The translations under genes and the position numbers were made by a program. Source: a virus. From it: a stretch of 64,000 nucleotides of DNA. The stretch is from IMG/VR virus record IMGVR_UViG_3300014208_000031, positions 103,665 through 167,664 of that record. One strand, 5' to 3'. The notes beneath the pieces were generated by a model. It saw only the letters and a program-made list of their open reading frames with translations, did not search any database and was not told where the DNA came from. Of the stretch, positions 39,119-49,421 are shown piece by piece (position 1 is the stretch's first letter; every line of letters starts with the position of its first letter).

Positions 39119-39869
39119 AGGTTAGTTTTTTTACTTTATCTTTTTCACCCGGATCGCCCAAATGCGCTACATGAAAAGGTAATTCTTTACACAAGCCAAG
39201 ATAATAATCATTGCTTTCACAAAAATGACATTCTGGATACGGCAAATCAAGCGGCGGATTATAAATTATTTGCCCATCATTCCATTCGCGTAAAAATAAC
39301 CAGTCAATAGTGTGATTTTCTTTGATCCAATGAATAAACTTTATATTGTTATTCTTTTTTAGAAAATTTTGATAACTGTCAGATTCATAATGAAAAATTT
39401 GATGAAAGCCATAAATTGCCCCGCGAAGTAATAAATAATCTTTTTCGCTTTTCCGCCCCGCTATAAAATCTTCGTAATCTGCGCGGGTTGGAAGTAAAAA
39501 TCGGCGGCTACCATAAGCTAATTGTTTGTCTGTAGCAAAATTAAAAAATTGTTCTCGAAAGTCCAACGGGCTTAAAATATCAGAATCTATAATGCAAAAA
39601 TATTTCTTAAATTTGAGTTGCTCCAAGCCAACTGTTAAAGTTAATCCTTTATTCCAATTGGCCCCTTGGAAATATGGGGCATTAGTCTCAACAATAGTTA
39701 ATTTATTAGTAATAAATTTTTTGCAAAACTCTACAACTGGATCGTCTGGCAAAGTTACAACTATTACGTGATCAAAAATATCTAGGTTTCTTTGAATAGT
39801 TAAAGAAAGAAAATCTAAATATTTAAACGCAACAATTACGCATTCAATCTTTTGTTCGGAGTTATCCAT
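39111..39869 (-). CDS. glycosyltransferase, GT-A fold (GT2-like)
   Basis: WNKG, IIDSDI, GFHQIF, HLG. Confidence 0.7.
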   Translation of the reverse strand: MDNSEQKIECVIVAFKYLDFLSLTIQRNLDIFDHVIVVTLPDDPVVEFCKKFITNKLTIVETNAPYFQGANWNKGLTLTVGLEQLKFKKYFCIIDSDILSPLDFREQFFNFATDKQLAYGSRRFLLPTRADYEDFIAGRKSEKDYLLLRGAIYGFHQIFHYESDSYQNFLKKNNNIKFIHWIKENHTIDWLFLREWNDGQIIYNPPLDLPYPECHFCESNDYYLGLCKELPFHVAHLGDPGEKDKVKKLTFD

Positions 39870-39875
39870 TAAAAT

Positions 39876-40679
39876 CTATATACTTTCTTCTTCTACTTCT
39901 GGTTCTTTAAAATGAACAAATGAGTTTTTTTTATCATTAGTCGGGATTTTCCACGCGGGCCAATATTTTTTCTCTAAAACATCTTTCCATTCCTCGTCAT
40001 TCCAAGGGGGGTGAGCCGCGCGCTCAGTTGGATAAACTAAAACTTTTAATTGTTGAGTATCGCAACGATGAATATATTGACTTCCATCTTTATTTTCTCT
40101 AACGGCGTAACACCCATTCTCTTTATATATTTTAGAGGTATGCGCTACTTTTAAATTATTTTCTTTAAAATATTTTTGAATAAAGTTTTCTAGTGGTGGA
40201 ACGTCTGAATATGGCCCCGGCCCGCCATAAATTCCATTTTCATCACATTTTTTAATAGATTTATAAAATTCCGTGTTCATAAAAAACACTCGCCCCGAAT
40301 AAGTATTTTCCCCACAAATTCCGCCGGTTAAGTCAATACAACTTGCGCCGCCATATTCTAAAGTATAAATAAAACTATTTATATTGTCTTGAGTAATTGG
40401 ATATAAAAGCTCGCAATCATTTTCGATAAAAAATGAATATTTGCTTTTGCAATTATTGTAAAGTTCTATGCAGCCAAACCCTTCGCCTTCATTAATTTTA
40501 TTTATAACTAATTTATCAATTAAGCCTTCTTGATATGATCTAAAAATTTCAGCGGGATCATTACCGCCATTATTAAATAAAATTACGCGATTTTCAAAAA
40601 GTGCAAATTTTTTAATTGCCTCCAAGCACAATCTTGTTTCAGCAGGTCTATTAAAATTAATAACTAAAATATCAATCAT
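39876..40679 (-). CDS. glycosyltransferase family 2-like
   Basis: ILVINFNR, NNG, NEGEG, IENDC. Confidence 0.75.
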   Translation of the reverse strand: MIDILVINFNRPAETRLCLEAIKKFALFENRVILFNNGGNDPAEIFRSYQEGLIDKLVINKINEGEGFGCIELYNNCKSKYSFFIENDCELLYPITQDNINSFIYTLEYGGASCIDLTGGICGENTYSGRVFFMNTEFYKSIKKCDENGIYGGPGPYSDVPPLENFIQKYFKENNLKVAHTSKIYKENGCYAVRENKDGSQYIHRCDTQQLKVLVYPTERAAHPPWNDEEWKDVLEKKYWPAWKIPTNDKKNSFVHFKEPEVEEESI

Positions 40680-41585
40680 TTAATTATTTTTCCAAATTTC
40701 TATCATCCGCGCGATTTCGTGGTCTAAATCTTGTAAAAAATGAAACCCAGTATCTAAAATTTTTTGACTAGAAATAGTATAACCTTTATTTATTACTTCG
40801 TCGGGTGTTTCTAAAATTTCTAAATTAGAGTTATATTTTTTACAAATATTGGCTATTCCTTTGACTGTTATATTATCATTAGCTAAATTATACAGATTAT
40901 TATCTAAAATATTTGATTCTATAGCCATTTCAATCGCGCGGATGACATCTTGAACAGCAACAAGTGATTTATAATTCGTTCCGCCACCAAAAAGCTTAAT
41001 AGTTTGATTTAATCCAGCCATTTTAGCAAAAAGATTAACTACGGCAAATCTAATTTGTGGATTATAACCATAAACCGTTCCGAGCCTGAAAATAGTATAA
41101 TTTAACCCACTATTAATAATATCTACTTCACTTTCAGCTTTACTACGGGGATAAGATAATAATGGACAAACCGGATAGTTTTCTTCAATATTAAAAATTG
41201 TTTCTTGTAGGCCGTTGTGAACCACATGAGTTGATGTAAAAATAATTCTAGCGTCCGCCCGCATATTCTCCAAAACAAATAGCGTGGCTAAAGTCCCGTT
41301 TTTATAAATATTTTGACTTATTTCTTCAGTTTCCTCTGATTGAATAATTGGGACTTTAGTAATAGAGCTTAAATGTATAATTATGTCCGCCCAACTAATT
41401 AAATCCGCGGAATCAAAAACATCTTGTTTATAGAATATAATATTTCTTTTCTCAAGATTCTTTACGACCAAATCAATATAATTACTATCAATTCCGACAA
41501 TCTCGTATTTTTCAGAATCTAGAACTGAAATTAGTTCCGTGGCAATATAACCTAAACACCCGGTGATTAAAATTTTCTTTTTCAC
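40680..41585 (-). CDS. NAD-dependent epimerase/dehydratase (extended SDR)
   Basis: ITGCLGYIA, TST, YPRSK, RLGTVYG. Confidence 0.85.
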   Translation of the reverse strand: MKKKILITGCLGYIATELISVLDSEKYEIVGIDSNYIDLVVKNLEKRNIIFYKQDVFDSADLISWADIIIHLSSITKVPIIQSEETEEISQNIYKNGTLATLFVLENMRADARIIFTSTHVVHNGLQETIFNIEENYPVCPLLSYPRSKAESEVDIINSGLNYTIFRLGTVYGYNPQIRFAVVNLFAKMAGLNQTIKLFGGGTNYKSLVAVQDVIRAIEMAIESNILDNNLYNLANDNITVKGIANICKKYNSNLEILETPDEVINKGYTISSQKILDTGFHFLQDLDHEIARMIEIWKNN

Positions 41586-41983
41586 AGTTTATTAATTTCC
41601 TCTTTTAAGTCTTTGGCTAAACTAAATCCATCGTGATCGTATTTTGAATCCGCCGAAAACTTATCTACTATTTTAGTAATATCATTTTTAGAGTAAAAAC
41701 CAAAATTTATTGAAGATTTGGACACAGGAACGTCTTTCATATAAATTTCCTTCCCTTGATATAAAACTTTTAGGGAATTATCAAAACTACAATTTAGACA
41801 AACTCCTAATCCGACACAGCAACAGATAGAATCGCTAAACAAATGATTACAATTCGTGCATAAAGCCGTGGAAACGCAGCCGCCCGGAAAAGTTCCATCA
41901 AGCATCGAATTAGCCCGGCGGCTACGCGAATCATTATAACTTTTAATTTGTTCTTCTGTCTGTAATCCTAAATCTGTTAACAT
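41582..41983 (-). CDS. Cys-rich hypothetical protein
   Basis: CTNC..CLNC; packed ORF. Confidence 0.6.
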   Translation of the reverse strand: MLTDLGLQTEEQIKSYNDSRSRRANSMLDGTFPGGCVSTALCTNCNHLFSDSICCCVGLGVCLNCSFDNSLKVLYQGKEIYMKDVPVSKSSINFGFYSKNDITKIVDKFSADSKYDHDGFSLAKDLKEEINKL

Positions 41984-41991
41984 AATAAATT

Positions 41992-42957
41992 TTATTTGTT
42001 GTTTTCAGCTACCAATTTACAAAGATGAATAAAGTAGTTTTGTGGTAAATCCATTTTAATATAGTTAATATCTTTATGGACCCATTGGATATTATCTTCT
42101 GTGTAGCCCAAATCAGAATTGATTCTATCTAAAGATGCGGTAGCGGAAGTATTTCCCGTTCTTTCTCCTAAAACGCCTAAATTTATTTCTATTCCTGTTA
42201 ATGCGCATTTATAATTTTGTTTAACAAAAAGTTCATATCCAAATTCTATTGTAATATTAAATTCCAATCCTCTGGTTATTGCTCCATACCTTATTCTTTC
42301 CCAGTAAGACTTACTGATTTCTTTATATCCTTTAAAATTAGCCAAAACAATTGCCATACGAGCACATTTTTCGCATAAAGCCTTACTATCTTTTAATTGA
42401 TGATAGCTTCGCTGGAATTTTTCTCCGCATTTACATTTCCAGTTAGTTAACGAAACTACCGATTTTGGATACGATCCAAGATATTCAATATTTAGATTTT
42501 TAGCTAATATAAAATATTCATCTTCTGTTTTCGGCGCATTTCCGGCACAATGTGGACAATTACCCGTTCTGGATATATTATTGTATGAAGTTTCCCAAAT
42601 GTGTCCAAATTGGCACTTCCATCTTATTTTGGTATGGGTAGTTCTTGGAATTGGATCGAGATATTCTATATTTTTTCTAATTGCAACTTCATCATATTGC
42701 TCTTTTCTTATATTGGTTTTCTTCTCCATAGAAGCACCTTTATTCCAAGCTCGGCGGCCTTTACACGCAAATGACGTAGCGCATCTTTGACATAATTTAT
42801 CTCCAACACCTTTTAAAGCATTACTTTTTAATATAGCTCTTTCTCTATCTCCTTGATGACTTTCAAACTCACAAGATACTAAAGAATAAATCCTATCTCT
42901 AGTTCTATCTCTATATTTTTCCCGTCGAGTTTCAAAATCTAAAATAAGAATAGCCAT
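41992..42957 (-). CDS. zinc-ribbon + HNH-like endonuclease
   Basis: WKC..GH.W..CPHC repeats; CALTG, SLDRINSDLGYTEDNIQWVH..IN..K. Confidence 0.8.
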   Translation of the reverse strand: MAILILDFETRREKYRDRTRDRIYSLVSCEFESHQGDRERAILKSNALKGVGDKLCQRCATSFACKGRRAWNKGASMEKKTNIRKEQYDEVAIRKNIEYLDPIPRTTHTKIRWKCQFGHIWETSYNNISRTGNCPHCAGNAPKTEDEYFILAKNLNIEYLGSYPKSVVSLTNWKCKCGEKFQRSYHQLKDSKALCEKCARMAIVLANFKGYKEISKSYWERIRYGAITRGLEFNITIEFGYELFVKQNYKCALTGIEINLGVLGERTGNTSATASLDRINSDLGYTEDNIQWVHKDINYIKMDLPQNYFIHLCKLVAENNK

Positions 42958-42958
42958 A

Positions 42959-44197
42959 TTAAAACACAGAAATCCATTCTCCTTTATAGTCTGGATTATT
43001 TTTTATAACATCTTCGCTAAAATTATATGCGCCGATAATAGTTGCTGCTGGTTCGTTATGCTTCCAATAAATACTAGAATATATCGGAATTTCAGTTCCT
43101 GGAATAATTTTATTATACTTGAGCGGTGAGTCGTCGAGGGCGTAATCAATATATTTTTCTAGTTCAAAAACCTTAATTAAGAGAACAATTTTTGCTGGAA
43201 CTCCATAAAGAGCGATACTTCTATTTGGATATTTAGATTTTATAGATTCTAATTTATTTAATAGTTTAGCTTTAGAATATTCAGTGTCTCTTTTTAATTC
43301 CTCGTAAGTTTCTAATCTATAAAGACCTAGATCGCCTTCCAACTTAATCAAATTATCTACCGAACTTGAAATTTCATGTTGTCTGGGCCAGCCAACAAAA
43401 CATCTAAAACTACCCAGTTGCACGCTATTCAACTGGACATCATATAACTCTAAATTATGTTTAGAAAAAAATTGCTTCAATGGTTTAATAGAGTGGTAAA
43501 AAATATGTTCGGAATAAACTTGTCCTATATCTTTACACTTTTTATTAAAAATATTATTTAACCAGTATGCGTTTTCAAAAACAAACGTTCCAGACTGCTC
43601 TAATAAAACTTTAACCCCAGTAATTATATCATTAATTTGAGAAATATGAGCCAGACAATTATTACATGTGACTAATTTAAATTTTTGACCAACTTCAACA
43701 ACAAGTCCGGCGGCTAATTCAGGAGTAAAAAACTCATTTATTGTAACAACGCCTTCTTTTTCTGCTAACTTTGCGATATTTTCCGCCGGTTCAACTCCAA
43801 CAACATTCCAATAACCTAGATTTTGATATTCTTTTTCGAGGAGTCCGTTGTTTGAGCCTATTCCTAGTATAAAATCATTTTTTATTGCTTCGTTTTTACC
43901 TAAGACTTTCTCGGTTGTGGTTTTGGCATACTCTTTAAAGTGCGGAACTAAATTTGGGGGGGAAGAATAATTATATCCGTTCCCAAAGAGTATGTCGGGC
44001 GAAACTTCATCAAAAAGTTGAATTGAATTACAATTATTACATAAAAATACACGAAGGGGTGCGGCGAATTCCGGTTTGTCTAAATCTTCGGCGGACTTTA
44101 ACGCATTTGCCAAACAAACTTCTCCGAAATTTAATATTTCTATTATATCGGTTGAGTCACAAAGTCTGCATTGAGAAACCGTTTTTATATTATCCAT
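42959..44197 (-). CDS. NDP-sugar C-methyltransferase with N-terminal zinc-binding domain
   Basis: CRLC..CNNC, IGSNNG, NCLAHI, YSEH, GSFR, YGVPAK. Confidence 0.88.
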   Translation of the reverse strand: MDNIKTVSQCRLCDSTDIIEILNFGEVCLANALKSAEDLDKPEFAAPLRVFLCNNCNSIQLFDEVSPDILFGNGYNYSSPPNLVPHFKEYAKTTTEKVLGKNEAIKNDFILGIGSNNGLLEKEYQNLGYWNVVGVEPAENIAKLAEKEGVVTINEFFTPELAAGLVVEVGQKFKLVTCNNCLAHISQINDIITGVKVLLEQSGTFVFENAYWLNNIFNKKCKDIGQVYSEHIFYHSIKPLKQFFSKHNLELYDVQLNSVQLGSFRCFVGWPRQHEISSSVDNLIKLEGDLGLYRLETYEELKRDTEYSKAKLLNKLESIKSKYPNRSIALYGVPAKIVLLIKVFELEKYIDYALDDSPLKYNKIIPGTEIPIYSSIYWKHNEPAATIIGAYNFSEDVIKNNPDYKGEWISVF

Positions 44198-44382
44198 TAT
44201 TTTTTATTCCAACGACAAATTAAACTAACAATACTAAACAATATAACCAAAGAACATGTAATTGGAAATATCATAAAACCAGATTTATATCCCCAAGCAT
44301 AAACCGAAAGATAACCAACTAAGATTATCATTACTATTTCGCCTTGAACTCTATTTAGTTTTTGTAACATTTTTATCCATTT

Positions 44383-44796
44383 TTATCCATTTTGATAAGG
44401 TGCGGCATCATAAATTGATTTTAATGAAACCGGTAATCTAACCAGATTTTTTTCATAATTTTCTTGGTCACGTGGCTGATCGCTAAAACACAAAAATTCT
44501 GTATCTAGATTGAAATACATAGTATGTGATACATTGGATTCCGTGAGGTGCAAATCTCCGACATTTAATACTATTTTTTTGGGACATTCCTCTGAATCCG
44601 CCGGGCGTTCATAAATCCAAATTTCACCTTTAGTAATTAAAATCCAGTGAATATCTAAATGTCGGTGGGTAGCTCTTTCGGTTCCTTTTTTTGAGTTAAT
44701 AATACTAATTGATTTTATATCACAGTTTTCGAGAACTGCTTGAATGCTGCCCCGACTGTCAGCGTGATTTGGTAAATCTTTTAAGTTTTGAGTCAT
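44383..44796 (-). CDS. cupin-fold sugar isomerase/epimerase (WxcM/FdtA-like)
   Basis: DSRGSI, R..HRH, H.M. Confidence 0.7.
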   Translation of the reverse strand: MTQNLKDLPNHADSRGSIQAVLENCDIKSISIINSKKGTERATHRHLDIHWILITKGEIWIYERPADSEECPKKIVLNVGDLHLTESNVSHTMYFNLDTEFLCFSDQPRDQENYEKNLVRLPVSLKSIYDAAPYQNG

Positions 44797-44811
44797 AAAA
44801 CTCTATATCCT

Positions 44812-45642
44812 TTATTCTGGCAAACTTTCTAGAATTTTATCTAGACTTTGTTCAATGGTTAAATTCCAAGTGAATCCTATTTTTTTTAGTTTATTCGTGT
44901 CTAATCTGAATGATGGAATCTGCACAATTTTGTGAAAATCACTTGGCTCGCGCGGACTTATAATACTTTTACTATTTAGTTTATTTTGACAATAATCAAT
45001 GATCCACCGGAAATTCCAGTCGGTTGATTCTGGCCCGACATTATATTTTTGATTTCTTTCTCCATTATCTATAATAAATTTAATCGCGCGGACACACTCA
45101 AAAACATCTAAGTATGATCTGTAAAACAATCCAGAATCATAAATTTCAATTGGCTTATTCTCTTTTAATAATTGAATTAATTGCTGTAACGCATTCTTTT
45201 TAGACGAAAAATTATCTCCAATTCCAATAATATTACTTAGTCTTAAAATAATAAAATCTATATCATTCATCTTACAGTAAGTTTCAACAAATTGCTCGGC
45301 GCATAATTTTGAAGCCCCGTAGAACCCTAAAACTTTTCCTTGTTCATTTTCTTTAGTTATGTGCGCGCGTCCACCGGTCACACCGTATGAGAACCATGAG
45401 CCAGCATATACGAATAAATCATTCTTTTTTAAATTGCGTAAAACTTTTACTAAATTTGTTAAGTTAATTTCAACATTCTCTTCTGGTTCTGAATAGTTTG
45501 TGGTTAAAGACCGTAAATATAAAATTTTGTTACTTTTAGGCTCGAAATCCCCGGAGTTAATTTTAATTGATTCGTTTTCATACAGCAGCGCGAATTCCGA
45601 CCCGATAAACCCGGCGGAACCAAAAATAGAAATTTTATCCAT
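44812..45642 (-). CDS. NAD-dependent epimerase/dehydratase
   Basis: GSAGFIG, YGASK, RLSNIIG; ATG 45642. Confidence 0.85.
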   Translation of the reverse strand: MDKISIFGSAGFIGSEFALLYENESIKINSGDFEPKSNKILYLRSLTTNYSEPEENVEINLTNLVKVLRNLKKNDLFVYAGSWFSYGVTGGRAHITKENEQGKVLGFYGASKLCAEQFVETYCKMNDIDFIILRLSNIIGIGDNFSSKKNALQQLIQLLKENKPIEIYDSGLFYRSYLDVFECVRAIKFIIDNGERNQKYNVGPESTDWNFRWIIDYCQNKLNSKSIISPREPSDFHKIVQIPSFRLDTNKLKKIGFTWNLTIEQSLDKILESLPE

Positions 45643-46210
45643 TATAAGGAGTTTCAAAAGTTTTTTCTACCGACCATTTGCAACAGTTTAGTCTATTTCT
45701 GATTATATAATCAGGAAAACCTAATTCTTTAGACCACTCCTTTACTGTTTGAATCTTACCTTTATATTCAATTTTCTTATGAAATGGTTTAACGGGGGTA
45801 GTTATCGTTTTTTCAAATGTCCACCCTCGATTTAACCTATTAATAATTACAGATTTAGACATACCAGTTTTTTCTGACCATTGTGAGATGGTTAAAGACT
45901 CTTCATTGTATGTTTCTATATGTGAATTTTCTTTATTATTAGCTTGCTCTTTGCGACTTGCCCATCTACAATTTCCTGGACAATAATTTCCGTTATTATC
46001 TATACGCTCAATGGTAAATTTACTTGGCGGATCACCCATATCATTATAAAAATTTATAAAATCGTACCATCTTGAACAAACGAGAATTCATCTTCCACCA
46101 TATCTATCATAATTTGGATGATTTTTATTATTACATCTTTGTCTCATTAAGACCCAAATATCATAAATTCTTGTATGTTTTTTACCGTGCTTAAAATTAA
46201 ATCTCGCCAT
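45635..46210 (-). pseudogene. HNH homing endonuclease with one in-frame TGA
   Basis: MARFNFKHG..W..MRQRC..YGGR*ILVCSRW..DMG..TIERIDNNGNYCPGNCRWA; TGA at 46088-46090 replaces the usual Gly of YGGRGI. Confidence 0.8.
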
Positions 46211-47513
46211 ATTGTTTTAATACCTTTTCTAAATAATCTAATTCTTCATTTTCTTCATAATGGGGCGCACACCCCAAAAATAGAACAGAACGAATTACTT
46301 CCGTTGAATTCGGAAATTCTCTAAAATCGCCAAGGAATTTATAGCCTGGATGTAATAATAAATTACCACTGAAAAAGTTTCTGCATTGAACTTTATTTTG
46401 AATTTCTAAATAGTTAACCAACCTTTTCTTTTGCTCGTGATTTTCACATATAATTCCAACTCCAAACCAAGAAGTGTCAGATTCGGCGCGCTCAATAGGA
46501 AATTTCAACGATGGAATATATTTTTTTAATAAATCTTGGATAATTTTATGGTGATTTTTACGCTTGGTATGGATTTCGTCAAACTTTTTTAGTTGTTCTA
46601 ATCCAATCGCTCCTTGAAATTCTAAAGGCTGTAAATTATATCCCATTTTAGTAAAATAATATTTATCGTCGATAGTTACATCGGGTAATTCTTCAATCCA
46701 ATTACTAAAACGTTTTTTACACATTCCATTAGGTAATAAATTTTGAAGCCCACGGCATCGACAATTCCTACTCCACATAACAAATTGACGGCAAATTTCT
46801 ATAAATTCTTTAGTAGAAGACGAAATCATCCCTGCCTGAATACAACTGAGATGATGGCTGGCAAAAAATGAACAGGTAGATGCAAAAAAGTATTCATTAA
46901 GATATTTTCCGCGCCATTTAGTTCCAATACCGTCACAATTGTCCAATAACAGCACTAGATGGTGTTTTTTAGCTATTTCGACTAATCTATCCACATCACA
47001 ACAATTTCCCAATGTAGGGGCAAATAATATTGCTTTTGTTTTATGGGTAATCTTTGACTCAATTTGATCTAAATCCATATTTAAATCCTCCATAGAAATA
47101 TCCACGAAAACTGGTTTTAATCTATTCTGATAAATTACGGAAACAGAAGTTGGGAACGCGCAAACCGAACAAATTATTTCATCATTCTCTCCCCAATTAA
47201 AATAATCTTTAGCGGCAGCAAACATGACTAAATTTGAACTACTACCACTGTTCGTCATTAAAGAATAATCAATATTTATTTTTTTACTAAATTCATTTTC
47301 AAACCTAACAACCGCTTCTCCAGAAATTGACCATTCAGAAAATATCAAACTTTCCAAGGCCGCGGCTAATTCATTATTATCCCAATAAAATCCAGAATAT
47401 AAAACCTGATTATTAAAAGGTCTTAAATTATGAGCAAAGCGGGGTAAAACCCCATATTCACCTTTTAATTCGTCAATAAACTTATTGATTTTATCTCGGA
47501 TTTCGGCGGACAT
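46197..47513 (-). CDS. rfbH: DegT/DnrJ-family PLP enzyme, RfbH/DdhC-type 3-dehydratase
   Basis: NSGSSSNL, SFFASHH (His in place of the Schiff-base Lys), CRC..C..RF Fe-S-type motif, GYNL, GNLLLHP. Confidence 0.75.
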   Translation of the reverse strand: MSAEIRDKINKFIDELKGEYGVLPRFAHNLRPFNNQVLYSGFYWDNNELAAALESLIFSEWSISGEAVVRFENEFSKKINIDYSLMTNSGSSSNLVMFAAAKDYFNWGENDEIICSVCAFPTSVSVIYQNRLKPVFVDISMEDLNMDLDQIESKITHKTKAILFAPTLGNCCDVDRLVEIAKKHHLVLLLDNCDGIGTKWRGKYLNEYFFASTCSFFASHHLSCIQAGMISSSTKEFIEICRQFVMWSRNCRCRGLQNLLPNGMCKKRFSNWIEELPDVTIDDKYYFTKMGYNLQPLEFQGAIGLEQLKKFDEIHTKRKNHHKIIQDLLKKYIPSLKFPIERAESDTSWFGVGIICENHEQKKRLVNYLEIQNKVQCRNFFSGNLLLHPGYKFLGDFREFPNSTEVIRSVLFLGCAPHYEENEELDYLEKVLKQYGEI

Positions 47514-47665
47514 ATTAAAATTTAACTAAAAATTTAACTGAGTTTTTAGTCGAGAATACTTTTCCAAATTTCCAGTCGCCATTTTCTCCGAATTTAGCTT
47601 TGATCGAATCGCCAAATTTAATATCTTTGAAGTATGGTAAGGTAGAAAATTCCCAAAGCATAAAA

Positions 47666-48355
47666 TTAACCTTCAAATTCTCCAGCTAACACTCTTTTAC
47701 AAGTTTCAATAAACAATTCTTCATGTTTTGGATTAGGACACTGAGAACAGTGAAACATCATATTTTGACCATAAAAGTTACCAAATCCTAGAAAACAGCT
47801 AGAATCCAGTGGTGTATTGGGATCAACTACATAATTTGGATATAAGAGTGAAACACAAAACCCCAATTCTTTAGCTTTATATGTAATTTCTTCACTGGTA
47901 TCGGAACGGGGAATAAAATGGTCACAATCTGGGCGGCCAAGTTGGTTAAACAGTTTTGTAGAATAGGCTAATGTAGCTTGACTGGCATACGCATTTACTA
48001 CACCCCTGTCTGTAAACTTATGATTACTCATCCAAGCGTGTCCGAAAACTGTAATTTTGTTTTTAATCATACTATAAATAAAATCCATAGCATCTTCTCG
48101 AAGGAATAGTGCATCGTTGTCAATCCAGAGATAATAATCTGGTTTTATGCTATCAATAGTTTGAGAAATAACATAATTCATCATCTGTCCGTGGGAAACG
48201 CCGGGGAAAGGGCATTCTAGATAATTAACAGGTAAATTCCAGTGATCTACCATAATTTTCTTACTCCACGCAGTTACATTTTCTGATCTATTTTTTCCAT
48301 AGAGGCAAATGATTAGAATTGTCTCCCCATTAATATTTAATAATTGTAAATTCAT
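47666..48355 (-). CDS. putative glycosyltransferase (GT-A)
   Basis: SHG, WIDNDA DxD motif; glycan-island context. Confidence 0.55.
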   Translation of the reverse strand: MNLQLLNINGETILIICLYGKNRSENVTAWSKKIMVDHWNLPVNYLECPFPGVSHGQMMNYVISQTIDSIKPDYYLWIDNDALFLREDAMDFIYSMIKNKITVFGHAWMSNHKFTDRGVVNAYASQATLAYSTKLFNQLGRPDCDHFIPRSDTSEEITYKAKELGFCVSLLYPNYVVDPNTPLDSSCFLGFGNFYGQNMMFHCSQCPNPKHEELFIETCKRVLAGEFEG

Positions 48356-48524
48356 TTATAAATTAAAGTATAAGTATCAATTATTGATTCGTCGTTAGTT
48401 TCTAGAACTTTTAATATTAATTTTCTGTAGTTTTCGCGTGAAGCCAAACTATAATCATTACATTTTTGATTTTTAATGAGTATTTTAATTAAATTATTTT
48501 TCCTATCTTGAAGATTCATTATTT

Positions 48525-48899
48525 TTAATACCCAAACTTTATTTCTGAAGTCGTCCGGCCAAAATATTTCTTTTGAATTTCATTTTTTAATTCCCAGCGT
48601 TTATGATTTAAGGAGTCAGCAAACTTAAACTCAACACTATAATTCTTACAATTGTCAATTAATTCAAATATATCCAAATTTATGTCAAGTAATTTTTTAT
48701 ACTCTATTGATTTTTTAACTGTTTCGTATTTTAAATCAGAAATTTGCTCAGATAAACTATTGATTAAAAATTTTAATTTAGCCGCCTGAGTTGGCTTTTC
48801 AGATTTATTAGCTTTGTTTAACTTAACTTCTTGTATTGCTATACAGTCAAAAAAATAAGCGGCGTCACAAGGATAATAAACTAGATTAGTTTGATTCAT
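48525..48899 (-). CDS. hypothetical helical protein
   Basis: D..AI..VK..N..R..LK.EI..EIK pattern. Confidence 0.65.
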   Translation of the reverse strand: MNQTNLVYYPCDAAYFFDCIAIQEVKLNKANKSEKPTQAAKLKFLINSLSEQISDLKYETVKKSIEYKKLLDINLDIFELIDNCKNYSVEFKFADSLNHKRWELKNEIQKKYFGRTTSEIKFGY

Positions 48900-48935
48900 T
48901 TATAAAAAATTATTTCGTTTTTAAGTCTACTAGGT

Positions 48936-49421
48936 CTAGATGGGGAAATTTAAATAAGCAAATTCTTTAAATAGCTCTTTTGCTTTTGAGTCGTAAGCCT
49001 TAGCTGCCTCCTCTGGAGAATTAAATGTTCCAATGTGAATTTTTTCGTTGTTAAATGTAATACCCGCCTGAAATTTATCTCTCATTTTCCAAACCCCTTT
49101 AAGTCCTATAGTATTGTTTGTTTTAATACCGTAATTTCTACCATTTTCAGCGTGCGTGGAAATTCTGAGATTAATTTTTTGGTTGTTTAACGGATTTCTA
49201 TCCTTGTGGTCTATTTCCATAAAATCAATATTATTATTTTTAGACATTATTTCTCGATGTAGCATTTTATACTTATTCGATTTATCAAAAAACAATCTAA
49301 CATACATTAATTTTCCTGATCTTGATAAAGCCAAACGATAATTTTTTATCCATTCGTAATCTTCGTCATCTACTAAGCATTCAAAAATTTCTTTATTATA
49401 TGTTAGTTGAATTACTACCAT
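48936..49421 (-). CDS. HNH endonuclease with AP2 domain
   Basis: VDDED, LHREI, DHKDRNPLNNQKINLR, GLKGV..AAKAYD..A..FAYLNF. Confidence 0.9.
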   Translation of the reverse strand: MVVIQLTYNKEIFECLVDDEDYEWIKNYRLALSRSGKLMYVRLFFDKSNKYKMLHREIMSKNNNIDFMEIDHKDRNPLNNQKINLRISTHAENGRNYGIKTNNTIGLKGVWKMRDKFQAGITFNNEKIHIGTFNSPEEAAKAYDSKAKELFKEFAYLNFPI

